Of a stretch of 64,000 nt of DNA, positions 42,346 through 53,628 are shown piece after piece. The notes under the pieces are model-generated. The model had not been told where the DNA came from. It worked only from the letters and a program-made list of their open reading frames with translations, and did no database searches. A program made the translations under genes and the position numbers. Where the stretch lies: positions 514,112-578,111 of the forward strand of contig JAPMXV010000051.1 of NCBI GenBank assembly GCA_026936335.1, in the 5' to 3' direction. Each line of letters starts with the position of its first letter. Position 1 is the stretch's first letter. This DNA is from Mantamonas sphyraenae STR306 (Eukaryota > Protista > CRuMs).

Positions 42346-44914
42346 TCACCGTTTGTTGTTCCAGGCCTGGACCTGTGTGTAGCGGTTCGCTTTGCCCTGC
42401 GCCTCGCCGACAAGGTCGCGCTTGTTGCGCACTTTTTTGAGCTTGCCTCGATCCATTTCGAGGTCTTCCGCGTCTCGATATCGCTTCTTGGGCTCTTGCA
42501 GCTCTCGATTCCTCTTGATCATACGCGCCCTGGCGGCTTGAAACTTCTCGACGCCTTCCCAGTGGTCAGCATGCTCGTTGATTGCATGCTGGTTCTGCAG
42601 AGCCAAACTGACGTGTCGGCTCCTCTGCGGAGTGGCCATAGCACGGTTGTTGCGCTCTCGCTTCTGTCCATCGACCACCACCTGCACGGTGCGCTTGCCT
42701 TTCTTTTTCCTGGGCGACAACGTGACTACGGGTACCTGCGCCTCCTGTTCATCGTTGTCATCCTGTTCGTCATCGCTCTCTACGCTGTGTGATGATCGTC
42801 GTCGTCGTCGTCGTCGTCGTCCTGTGTCCAAAGCGCCGACGATTTGCCCGGAGCGGGCGATTGGAAGAAAGATCGGTGCTGTGTCGGTTCTGTGTCGTTG
42901 TCTTGGTCGTTGCCATCATCCTTGTCACGCGGTGGTGTTTGTGTCTTGAGGGCGATCTTTTTCTTTTGCTTGAGCAGCTTGAGGAGCTGTTTGCGGTTCT
43001 TGCGTAGCAGCTCCTTCTTCTGCTTGCGTTTCTGCACGACGAGAAACTTTTCGCGGTCGATGCGCTCGCCAAGGTCTTCCAAGCCACTGGTAGGTCGTTT
43101 GGGAGACGCCGTAGTCTCTTCCTTGGGCTTGGCCTTTAAGGATTTGATGCGTTTGAACAGCGACTGCTTCCGGGATTTGAGGACCTCTTTTTCGTGATGA
43201 TGGTCATGGTGATGTTTTCGATGCACCTCATGATCAATCTCTTTGTCATCGTCATCATCTTTGTCATCGTCATCATCATCAATGTCTCGGTCTTGCTGCA
43301 TGCCGGCCAGCTTTTCGGCCTGGCGTTTGGCCACGGTGCGGGTGACGGGATTGTTGCGCTCGTAGAAGAGCATGTAGGCTTTCTGGGAGAGCACGGTCTT
43401 TGCACTGACTTGTGAAACATCGCTGTCATCCATGCAGTACCAGACACCGTTGCTGGCGCGGACATAGGCGTAATAGTGGCCGGAGGAAAGACTCCAGCCG
43501 CTGTGGACAAGGACGCCATAGAGGGCGTAGGTTGGGGCTGGACCCACGGCGCCATCTGGGCCATTCGCACTCATGACGCCATCAAGGGTGAGATTGAGCG
43601 AAAACTCGACGTGGTGGTTGAGCTTGGAGCCGCCTCCGCCGCCGCCGTACATGCCAAAGGCGCCGCCAAAGCCATAATCGAAGCGTTTGAGATGGATGCA
43701 GAGGAGATTGGGGGCGTCAAAGACTGTAAACTGCTTCTTTGCGCGGACCATTCGATTGCAGCCGCCGCACTTCCACTTGTTGTCCTCGTCCAAGATTTCG
43801 GGTTTGCTGTAGCGGCGGAGCGCCTTTGCGATGGACTTTGTGCGAGCGACATCGAGGCTGAGATCCATAAAGGTGTCGTAGGTGTTGCTTTCGAAGCCGC
43901 AGCGGGTGCATTTGACCTGGGACTGGAGATGGCCGCCAAAGAGTTGGTGGACGACGGTGGTCTCCTGGATTACGGGAGGAAGGGATCTGTGGGAGCAGGA
44001 GAAAGGAGCAGTGGGTGGAAAGGCGTGAGAAGAAAGGGTTGGGGGCACGCGGGGACTGTGGGGATGGCGTACTTTTGGCCGCGGAGGGCGGAGAGCTGCA
44101 TGGCGTCGATGACAAAGCGTAGAAACTCGTGGGAGTCTTCCTGGCGGCCATGGCGCATGTGGGAGGCAATGGTGCGGAGGTTGGATGTAATCTGTTTGGG
44201 TGAAAAGGCGTTGCGCTTGCTTTGTGTGCGTTGGATGAGCTTTGCGAGGGCGCACAACATGCAGAAGGATTGCTGGCGGCCTGGTTGGGTGTGGGAGTGG
44301 GGGGGGGGCGGATGCACAGGTCAGCGAGGGCGAGGATGGAGATGGAGATGGCGCGAATGGAGGGGCAGCGTACAGGAATTTGCGTGGTGGCTTGTGGCGA
44401 GATAGTTGACGAGCGGGGCGGAGTAGACGAGGCATTGAAGGACGGAGTTGAGGAAGCAGGTGTTGCCGAGGTTGTGGAGGCCGGGGCCGATGCGACGTGT
44501 CTCTTGCCAGCCCATAAACTCTTCGGCGACCTTGTGCTGGGGAAAGAGAACGTAGTCGGGAGTGGGGGGAGCGCGAGCGGGTGGCGGGCTTGCGGAGCGA
44601 GTGGAGTCTGATGAGCGAGAGCGAGGAGGGCGGGCGGAGGAGGTAGATGATGAGGAGGAAGAGGAGGAAGAGGAAGAAGAAGAAGAAGAAGAGGAGGAGG
44701 AGGAGGAGGAAGCGGCGGCGAGGGCAGAGGTGATCGTGTGGGTGTGGCCGGAGAGGAGGACAATGGTGACGTCGTCGTCGCGGCCGTGTTCACTGTTGAG
44801 GAGGTGCTTCAGTTGCGTGGACTCTGTGGAGGTTTTATGGAAGCGAATGCGGCGTGGGAGGAGGGGTTGGGCACGGGAGAGGTGCTTGTCGACACGCTTG
44901 GTGGCGGACGACAT
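42346..44914 (-). CDS. Ubiquitin-specific protease USP36/USP42-like; multi-exon, apparent frameshift near 42790
   Basis: Cys box GLHNLGNTCFLNSVLQCL, GRQEDSHEFL, IHLKRF, His box LYGVLVHSG..SGHYY; C-terminal EMDRGKLKKVR lies in an adjacent frame. Confidence 0.82.
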
Positions 44915-44947
44915 GTTTTGCAGTGGAAAGCACAGCGCGACGGACGA

Positions 44948-46114
44948 TCAGAAGGTTCCTGAAGCCAGCTGGTGTCTCCACCAGTCGTCCAAGCTGTTGA
45001 TATCACCTCCGGCCTCGATGAGGCAATGGACGGTTTGTTGACCGTTCGCAAAGGCGAGGGCGGATTGGCCGTTGTCACGCGAGTCGTTGGGGTCCGCGCC
45101 AGCATCGAGGAGGATAGAGACGGACTCGGTGCGGGCAGCGTTTGCAGCGACCATAAGAGCAGTGCTTCCTTTGTTGTCTCGGCCATCGATGAGCGCACCC
45201 GCATCGATGAGGGCGCGGATGGTTTCTGGGCCGGCGGTGGAGGCGACGTGGACGAGGGTGGTCCAGCCGGGGTAATGCATGTTGACATCTGCACCCAACT
45301 CGACAAGGAGGGAGACCATGGACGGGTGATCAGCCTTGGCGGCGACATCGAGAGCGCGAGGTTGCATCCGTGGAGATGCATCGACGTCGACGCCGTATTT
45401 CTCGACGAGGACGCGGACTATGGCCTTGTGATTGTTGAAAGCGGCATGGACGAGCGGAGTGCGCCCCATGATGGGACTGAAGTGGACATCAGCGCCGGCA
45501 TCGGCGAGGAAGCGGAGTACGTGGAGATGACCCGCAGCGGCGGCGCTGGCGAGCGGGCTTTGGGGGTGTCCCAGATGTGCATCAGTCTCCAACTCGGCCC
45601 CTGCGTCCACAAGCAATTTGACGCATTCGAGATGGCCGTGGGCTGCGGCCGTGGTCAGTGGTGTGGTGTTGCTGCTGCAACCGGGATTGCCGTCCACGTG
45701 GGCGTCCAGATTGAGCAAGGTGGAGATAGCCAGGGGGTGGTTGTTCTCTGCAGCGTAGTAGAGTGGAGGGCGTTCGGAGAGAGAACCCGAGGATTCGTTG
45801 ATGTCATGGCCACGTTGAGCAAGGGCAGCGATCACTTTGCAGGCGCCCTCTGAGGCAGCGACACACATGAGAGAGCGATTGAAAAAGGAGTGGTCGCACC
45901 TAGTGGCACCTGCGTCAATGAGAGCAAAGACGACGTCGGGTGCGTCTGCCTTGATGGCGAGGAAGAGAGGGGGGTGGAAGGACTTGGAATTGACACCGCC
46001 AGAATGCACACTGCGGGACACGAACACATTGGCACCTTGTTCGATGAGGAGGGTGACCTTTTCGAGGTCGCCGTCGGCAGCAGCTTGGAGGATGGGGTCT
46101 TCGGAGGAGGACAT
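44948..46114 (-). CDS. Ankyrin repeat protein
   Basis: Multiple ANK motifs: TPLTTAAAHGHLECVKLLVDAGA, GRTPLVHAA, GSTALMVAA. Confidence 0.85.
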   Translation of the reverse strand: MSSSEDPILQAAADGDLEKVTLLIEQGANVFVSRSVHSGGVNSKSFHPPLFLAIKADAPDVVFALIDAGATRCDHSFFNRSLMCVAASEGACKVIAALAQRGHDINESSGSLSERPPLYYAAENNHPLAISTLLNLDAHVDGNPGCSSNTTPLTTAAAHGHLECVKLLVDAGAELETDAHLGHPQSPLASAAAAGHLHVLRFLADAGADVHFSPIMGRTPLVHAAFNNHKAIVRVLVEKYGVDVDASPRMQPRALDVAAKADHPSMVSLLVELGADVNMHYPGWTTLVHVASTAGPETIRALIDAGALIDGRDNKGSTALMVAANAARTESVSILLDAGADPNDSRDNGQSALAFANGQQTVHCLIEAGGDINSLDDWWRHQLASGTF

Positions 46115-46247
46115 ATGTATTTTTGGTCCTGGCCGGGCTACAGTATGCGATGCCCAAGGGAGGTGACGGGTGGTGTGGAAGGAGGGTTGCGAAGGAGGGT
46201 GACGTGTGGTTGTTCTGTGATGCAGGGAGGATGGGTGCGGCGTGCCA

Positions 46248-46872
46248 TTAGACCTCTGCGTGGCCTGTGGCGCCTCGCTTGCGACGGCCTGCTCCGCCAA
46301 GGGGGATCTCTTGCATCTGGACCTGCAGACACCAATTCTCAGCGGCCACGGTGCTGATGATGAGGGCGACGACGTGGACGGCCCACCAGGTGAAGGAGGC
46401 AGGGAAGCCCCAAAAGGCCGAGACGCAAAGATGAAGGATGCTGACTGTGCTAGCAAAGTCGAGACACTTTTTGGCCTTGCCGACGACAAAGACAAGGGAG
46501 ATGGCACTGCAAGGGGAGGGGAGGCGAGTGGTTAGCGGGCGCGGGGTAGGGTGGGAAAGCGGGGAGGAGCCATTCCGCACGGTGAGACGCGCGGAAAACG
46601 TACACAAATAATGAATTGACAAGGAGGGCAAGGACCTGCATCCAGCCGGACCATGAAGTTGCGTTGACGTGTGCATAGGCAAAGAAGGAGTCCATGCTGA
46701 CGCGCTGGCCTACGAGGGCCTCGAAGAACCAGAGGGCGAGGCCAAGGGTCAGGTAGTAGGTGGCTTGGACACAGACAATCTGGCCAACTATGAGGTAGGG
46801 GTCAAAGCCACCGCTGTGCTGGTAGACGCCGCCACCCGCGAGGGCCACAAGCCAGGTTTGGAGGCGCTCCAT
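46248..46872 (-). CDS. SYS1: Golgi integral membrane protein SYS1; one intron
   Basis: FDPYLIVGQIVCVQATYY, VGKAKKCLDF, FPASFTWW, C-terminal QEIPL. Confidence 0.82.
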
Positions 46873-46907
46873 GAGGCAAGGCAAGTGCTGGGGCAGTGTT
46901 GGTGGGG

Positions 46908-48737
46908 ATGTCGCGGGAGCAAACGGACGCCATGGCGCTGTTCCATGAGCTTGTGCTGAACTTTGCGTTGAGCCAAAGGCGAGTGGAGGTGGGGAGGGTG
47001 AAGCGGTACATGCGGGTGTACGACGAGGTGTTTACGGGAGCGGAGGCGGTGGGGTGGTTGCGGGAACGAGGGTACGCGGTGAGTGGGCAAGATGCACGGT
47101 TGTTGGGGAGACTGTTGTGTGCACACGGGGTGGTTGTGCCTGTGGACGGGAAGCAGGAGGATGAGGAGGAGGTGGAGTGGGTGTTTGGGGACACGGAGGA
47201 GGACTTGTACAGGCTGGCCGCAGTGGAGGAGCTGGAGAGGCTTGGCGTGCCACAATTGGATGTGTTGGAGGCAAAGGCAGTGTGCAAGGTGCTGGGGCGT
47301 GCAGAGAGGGTGTGGTTTGATCAGGAGATGCCGGAGGCGCGTGTGGTGTGCGAGGAAGCAGTGGTGTTTGAGGCGTACGGGGAGGAGGACACAGATGGAT
47401 GGACGCTGCGGTTTGGAAGCGAGAGTGAAGTGGGATGGAAGACGAAGGAGGAGGGGATGGAAAGGACGCGGGCTGGTGAACAGGAGAGGGACTGGAGGGA
47501 AAGGGCGGTGGAGGAAGCGATGGAACGGGGCGGGGTGGAAGGGGTGCTGGAAGTGTGCATGGGCAAGACGATGGTGGGGTCGCTGGTGGGGTTTGACGGA
47601 TTGGCAGAGATGCGGAAGAGTGCGATGAAGGTGTGTGTGGAGCACGGGTGGGCCGGGTTGCTTGAAGGTGTGCTGGGGTTGACGGACGAGGAAGTGGACG
47701 GGCAGTGGGTGGTTGCAGCGGGGAAACAGAGCGTGGAGTGCCTGAGGGTGTTGTTGGAACGGGACGAGTGTGCAGAGTGGCTAGAGGCACACGCGGGAGA
47801 GACTGTGCGTGGATGGAGCGCATGTGGAGCGGCGAGTGCGCTGGGAGTGGTGCGAGGGCGGGTGGGAGGAGAGTGGCAGCAAGAGGTGGATGAATTTGGA
47901 GTGGAGGCGTTGGGAGCGAGTGTGGAGGGCGGGCATGTGGAGGTGGTGCGTGAGCTGGTGGGATGGGAGGGAGTGGAGGTGGATGTGCGTTGTGCGCGCG
48001 GGACGACGGCTCTGCTGAAGGCGGCACAGCGCGGGGAAGCAGAGATATGCGAGATCCTGTGTGGCGCCGGGGCGGACGTGATGGCCGTGGATACACTGGA
48101 GAACACGGCGTTGCATTTGGCGATTATGACGCCGGATGGGGAGGCGACGGTGAAGACTTTGCTGCGGTTTGGGGCGGATCCGTTGGCTAGCAACGTGGAC
48201 GGGCACGGGGCGGTGCACCTTGCGGCAATGCGGTCGCACGTGGGGATGTTGGAGGCTGTGGTGGAGTGTGCGATTGGGAGGGGTCAGCGGGAGGTGGCAG
48301 CGGTTTGCGACCGACGGGATCGGGAGGGACAGAGTCCGCTGGGTCTGTGTGTGGGGACAGGCGGGTCGCTGGACATGGTGCGTGTGCTTGTGGAGGAGGG
48401 CGGATGCCAAGTGGCCGGGATGGTGGAATTGGCGATGCGCAGGCACGAGGACGAGGAGGTTGTGCGATTCCTGGTGCAGGCAGGGTCAGGTGGACTGGGA
48501 CGGGCGGTGTTGGTGGGAGTGGCGTTTGGGAAGAAGAGGTTGGTGGAGGTGGTGCTGGAGGAGGCGGCTGGAGCAGGACGTGTGGATCTGGAGGAGCGTG
48601 TGGACGGGCTGACGGCGCTGCTGGTGGCGGCGGGGCGAGGGGACAGAGCGTTGGTGGAGCTGTTGCTAGAGTGGGGCGCTGATGGAGGGGCGATGGATGA
48701 GATGGGCCGCGGGTGGCAGGAGCTGTTGGAGCGGTGA
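46908..48737 (+). CDS. DEP domain + ankyrin repeat protein
   Basis: YDEVFTGAEAVGWL...LGRLL (DEP); GTTALLKAA, NTALHLA, GLTALLVAA (ANK). Confidence 0.75.
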   Translation: MSREQTDAMALFHELVLNFALSQRRVEVGRVKRYMRVYDEVFTGAEAVGWLRERGYAVSGQDARLLGRLLCAHGVVVPVDGKQEDEEEVEWVFGDTEEDLYRLAAVEELERLGVPQLDVLEAKAVCKVLGRAERVWFDQEMPEARVVCEEAVVFEAYGEEDTDGWTLRFGSESEVGWKTKEEGMERTRAGEQERDWRERAVEEAMERGGVEGVLEVCMGKTMVGSLVGFDGLAEMRKSAMKVCVEHGWAGLLEGVLGLTDEEVDGQWVVAAGKQSVECLRVLLERDECAEWLEAHAGETVRGWSACGAASALGVVRGRVGGEWQQEVDEFGVEALGASVEGGHVEVVRELVGWEGVEVDVRCARGTTALLKAAQRGEAEICEILCGAGADVMAVDTLENTALHLAIMTPDGEATVKTLLRFGADPLASNVDGHGAVHLAAMRSHVGMLEAVVECAIGRGQREVAAVCDRRDREGQSPLGLCVGTGGSLDMVRVLVEEGGCQVAGMVELAMRRHEDEEVVRFLVQAGSGGLGRAVLVGVAFGKKRLVEVVLEEAAGAGRVDLEERVDGLTALLVAAGRGDRALVELLLEWGADGGAMDEMGRGWQELLER

Positions 48738-48812
48738 GAGGCGAGTGCGCGGTGGGCGCCACACAAAACAAAAACACTTTCAACACTCGTGGAAGGAAAC
48801 AACCAGAGCACC

Positions 48813-51462
48813 ATGTCCAAGTTGTCTCTTTTCATTCTGCTGGCACTGTGCTTCACGAGCGCTTTCGCCATGAGCTCTGTGGAGTCTGAGGCGTCGTCGG
48901 CGTCGTCTGCGTCTGATGTGTCGGATGCGGTGAGTTTCCCTTTTTGCAAGTGGGGGTGCCAACGCGCGAGCATGGCTGTGGAAGGGGGAAAGGAAGGGCG
49001 AGGGTGTAGCGCAGGTGATGTGCGGTGTGTATGTATGGAGTAGGGTGTGTGTGGGTGCATGGTGGGGGCGGTGAAGGGGTGTAGACGTGTGGTGAAAAGA
49101 GAGGGAAAAAAAAAGGGGGTGCAAGTTTGTGATGTTTGGAGCCGTGGTCCGGGCGCGGAAACTGACACGGGAAGGGCGGCATGGGTGTTTGGCTGTGCAC
49201 AGAGCGACATGTCGGAGGCGCAGTCGGGCGTTTCGGAGGCTGAGGATGCCGACTTTAGCCAGGACGAGGCTGAGGGCGAGGGCGAAGCCGAAGAAGAAGC
49301 GTCGAGCTCGGATTCCGACGATGAGGTGGAGGAGGCTGAGAACAAGGTGCCGATGCGTTCGGACAACGATGATGTTGCCGACGCCGACAGCGACTTCTGG
49401 GGCCGCCGCCGCCGTGGCTTCTTCCGCCGTGTGGGACGGTGAGTTTGGTGGGCAAGAGGGAGAGGGAGGGGGAGAGAGAGAGGGAGGGGAGAAAAAATAC
49501 GGTACACGAGAAAACGAAAACTGACTCGGAAAGGTACGACGACGTCACAGTGCGTTCCGCCGTGTGGGCCGTGCCATCTCGCGTGGTGTGCGCCGCGTGG
49601 GCCGCTTTGTGCGCAAGGTGGGCAAGGGCGTGGGCCGCTTCCTGGCCAAGGCCGGCAAGATTGTGGGCAAGGTGATGAACAGCAAGTGGTTCAAGATCGC
49701 CAGCCTGGCTCTGAGCTTCGTGCCCGGTGTGGGCACTGCGTTTGGCGCGATCAGCGGTGTGCTGGGCAAGCTGGGCGGTCTGTCTGGTCTGGGTGGCGGT
49801 CTGCTGTCCAAGGGCCTTGCGTTCCTGAAGGGCGGCGCCGGAAGCCTGCTGGGCAAGCTGACTGGCGGCCTGGGCAAGGGTCTGCTGGGCAAGGTGGGTG
49901 GCCTCGTGTCCAAGGGCGTGGGTCTGTTCAACAAGATCAAGGGCGGTCTGGGCGCTAAGCTCGGCGGCATCCTGGGCAAGGTGTCCGGTTTCGCGGGCAA
50001 GATCCAGGGCTTTGTTGGCAAGATGCAGAACGGAGGCTGGTTCAACAGCATCAAGAACGCTCTGGCCAAGACTCCGTTTGCTCAGAAGCTGATGAACGGC
50101 AAGATCGGACAGCTGATCTCCAAGGGACAGCAGCTGTTTGGCAAGTTCACCAAGGGCAAGATCGGCGGACTGCTGAAGGGCAAGTTTGACCAGCTGAAGG
50201 GCCGCGTGATGGACAAGCTCAAGCAGAAGCTGATGAACATCAAGCCGTTCCGCAAGATCAGCGAGAAGCTGTCGTCGATCTACGACAAGGCCAGCCGCGT
50301 GATTGGTGGCGAGCGCATGGGTCTGTACGACCTGCTGGGCAAGCTGAAGGACCCGAACCAGCTCAAGTCGATCCTGAAGACGCAGCTGGGCAAGGCTTTC
50401 GCCAAGACGAAGCTGGGCCAGACGTACCAGAAGTACCGCGGCAAGTACGAGAAGTTCATGTCGGGTGTGAAGGGCATCAAGTACTCGTGGCAGAAGATTG
50501 TGGGTGCGCCGCAGAAGCTGATCAACCAGATCCGCGGCAAGTTTGGCAACTTTGCGGCCGACGTGACCGCATTCAAGGGCCTGCGCCAGAAGGCCATGAA
50601 GATCATGCAGCGCTACGGCAAGACGTCGACGATCGGCGCCATTGGCAAGCGCGCACGCGGCAACCTGCTCAAGACGCTGTTCAACACCGCTCAGCGTTAC
50701 TCGAAGTACGGCAAGCGCCTGTTTGGTGACAAGTTTACCAAGGGCATGAAGCTGGTGGGTGGCGTGCGTGACCTGATCAAGGACGGCAAGGGCGCCGTGG
50801 GCACCCTCAAGTCTCTGTTTGGCCAGGGCCGTGGCGTGTACACTGCCATCAAGGGCATGTTCAAGAAGCAGGCTGGCGAGAACAACATCTTCCAGCGTGT
50901 GAAGGGTCTGTTCAACCGCGGCAAGGGTGTTTTTGGCCAGGTCAAGGGCCTGATCCGCAACGGCAAGGCCGCCTTTGGCAACATCCGTGGCCTCGTGTCG
51001 CGCGGCAAGGGTCTGTTCAACCAGGCCAAGTCGCTGTTCCGCCGCCGCCGTCGTGGTGGTCGCCGTGTGATTGGCCGCCGTGGTGGCCGTCGCTCGATCC
51101 GCCGCATGGTGCGCCGCCGTGGTGGCCGCCGTGTCCGCCGTCGCTCGATCCGCCGTATGGTGCGCCGCCGTGGTGGCCGCCGTGTGCGCCGTCGCTCGAT
51201 CCGCCGTATGGTGCGCCGCCGTGGTGGCCGCCGTGTGCGCCGTCGCTCGATCCGCCGTGTGGTGCGCCGCCGTGGTGGCCGCCGTGTGCGCCGTCGCTCG
51301 ATCCGCCGTGTGGTGCGCCGCCGTGGTGGCCGCCGTGGTGGCCGTCGCTCGATCCGTCGCTCGATCCGCCGTGGTGGACGCAGCCGTCGTGGTGGACGCA
51401 GCCGTCGTGGTGGACGCAGCCGCCGTGGTGGTCGCAGCCGCCGTGGTGGACGCCGCCGTTAA
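48813..51462 (+). CDS. Secreted protein: signal peptide, acidic pro-region, Gly/Lys-rich amphipathic body, protamine-like Arg-rich repeat tail; two introns
   Basis: MSKLSLFILLALCFTSAFA signal; introns ~48930-49203 and ~49439-49550; strongly biased codon usage. Confidence 0.75.
51085..51455 (+). repeat. Coding tandem repeats: ~5 x 51 nt (RRSIRRMVRRRGGRRVR) then ~4 x 18 nt (GGRSRR)
   Basis: Visible in DNA and in translation. Confidence 0.9.
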
Positions 51463-51602
51463 ATTTCTTTGACGGTCAAGAGCGTGAGTTCTTTTTTGGC
51501 CGAAAGAGAGAGATGAAATCGAAATGAAACATCTGCGCGGTCAGGAGATCAGTAGTTGGTGCGCTGCGAGCGACAACCCAACATAGTCGACGCAGCGCAA
51601 GG

Positions 51603-52665
51603 ATGCCGGGTAAGCTGGCCAAACCAAAGGCCAAGCAAAGGTTGCTGTTGATTGAGGAACCAGAGGATGGGGAGACGAATCCGTTGAATGTGCAGTTTAA
51701 GAGCGTGCCGCTTGCAAAGTTGTCCGCGCGGCCGTCGTCGGGAGGGGGAAGCAAAGAGGTCAGGGAAACATCACAAGAAGGCGAAACGGACGGCAAGAGG
51801 CCACCAACAGACTCTGTGGAGGCGGCACTGGCGGCGCGACCAGCAGGAGGGGCGAGCAAGGCAAAACCTGTGTTTGCGTCGCCGAACCAGGGAAGAGGCG
51901 GCCACGGGGAACACAGAGGTGCTTCCGTCGCCAAACCGTAACCAGGGAAGCAGCAACACACCTTCGCGGCCGCAGGGGCGCAAGCGGGGTGTGTCGTTTG
52001 CTCAGACAGAGTCGTTGCCGAGGCCGGGGAGGCGAGGGCAAAGCCCGTTGTTGAATGGCGAGGCTCGGATGCGGTCGTTCTCGCCAGAGACGTTGGCAAC
52101 ACTGAAGGAGAACGGGTCAGGGTCAGAGGCGACACCGGCACGAGCCAACCGAGCAGGGCTTCCTCCCCTGAGCACGGGCACCCCGGCCGCAGAGGGAGGC
52201 GGAGACGGAGGCTCGGACGAACAGTCGCTGAAGGAGCGGTTCCGGGCATCGAGCGTGCGACGAAGGTCGATCATGACAACCAAGAATGCACTGTTTCGCA
52301 CTCCGACGCCGTCGTCTGTGCGCAAAGCGTCGGTGAGTCTGCGGGCAGGGATCTTTGCGAATCGACAGCAGCGGCGGCTGGTGAACGGACTGAACAGCGA
52401 CATCGAGCTGTTTGAGGTGATGTATGCAAGTAGGCACAGCGAGTTTGCAGAGAGTGTGCGTGTGGCGGACAACCCCTTTCGGCATTTGCCGCTCGTTTCG
52501 CGAGAGGAGTTGCTGGTGGAAGCGAGGCTGAGGCAGAGCGACACATTGAGGGCGTACGAACGGGATGGATATGCGGACTGGCATGCAAGCATGGTCAAGC
52601 TGTGTCAGAAGGCGCAGGTGGAAGGACTGGCGGTGGTTGAGGAGGGATTTGATGACTTGAGGTGA
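51603..52665 (+). CDS. Hypothetical low-complexity protein (two overlapping frames; possible frameshift ~51900-51940)
   Basis: ORFs 51603-51941 and 51688-52665; no known motif. Confidence 0.35.
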
Positions 52666-52766
52666 GGAGGGACGGGGTGGGGTGGGAAACGCGAAGAATG
52701 GACAACAAATTACATTGTGAGGGGGGTGGGTTGGGGGAGGGGGGGTGGGGAGTGCGAGGACGGTGA

Positions 52767-53290
52767 TCACTTGGCACGGAGAGCCTTGAGGGCTTCTTCG
52801 GGGAGGAGCTGTTTGGCGGTGGCAAGGACGGTGCCGTTGTCGCGGATGAGGTCGCCAATGCGGTCGAGGTTGACTGGATTCTCGAGAGCCTCCCAGTCGA
52901 CGCTCTCGTTGCCCTCGAGAGCCTTGGGGTCCATGGCCTCGCGCAGCTTCTTGAGGTGGCCCGGGAGGGTGAGGAGCTGGGTCTCCATGATGGCAATGAT
53001 GGAGGGGATTTCATCGGGGATGGGCATGTCCTTGGGGTGAGTGACCTCGTCCTGGAGGAGGTCGAGCTGGTCGTAGATGAGCTGGACAATCTTGTTGAGG
53101 TTTGTGCAGATGAGGCGCAGGCTGTCGGCACCGAGGGCTTCATGGATGGAGTCCTGCTCGAGCATGACGGTTTGCAGCTCGGTGATGTGTTTGGGCAGGC
53201 CGTTGAGGACGATGCGAACGTACTGGCCGGCTTCTGTGACGGAGAGGCGAGAGCGCTTTTCCTCGTTCTTAACAGAGAGAAGGCGTGCTG
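52767..53290 (-). CDS. Hypothetical helical protein (3' exon; 5' exon probably near 53570)
   Basis: Strongly codon-biased segment SVKNEEKRSRLSVTEAGQY...EEALKALRAK*. Confidence 0.45.
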
Positions 53291-53628
53291 AGGGCGGATT
53301 GAAGGGGAGGGGGGGAGTGGGGGTGGGGGAGGTGGGGTTGGGGGGAGGAGCGGAGGAGGGCAAGGAAATGGGAGGATGGGTGGGGAACGGGTGAGCGAGA
53401 GGGCAAGGGCCAGACGGGGACCAGAGGGCTCCAGCTTCTTCTTGAAAAGAAAAGGGGGGCCGGGGCCAGGCAGGGAAGGGATGACCGGTTCGGGGGGGGG
53501 AGGGAGGGAGGGGAGGGGAGGGTCGAAGAAGGCAGGAAGGTTGTGAAAAGGGCGGATACGTACACATGGGAATGGCAAATGGATTGTGTGGCGCAAGCTC
53601 GGGCACTCCAGAAGACAACACTCACTCT

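Noticed and set aside
15328-49507. Numerous long antisense or alternate-frame ORFs (Pro/Gly/Arg-rich)
   Set aside because: Expected shadows of GC-rich, codon-biased genes on the opposite strand or frame.
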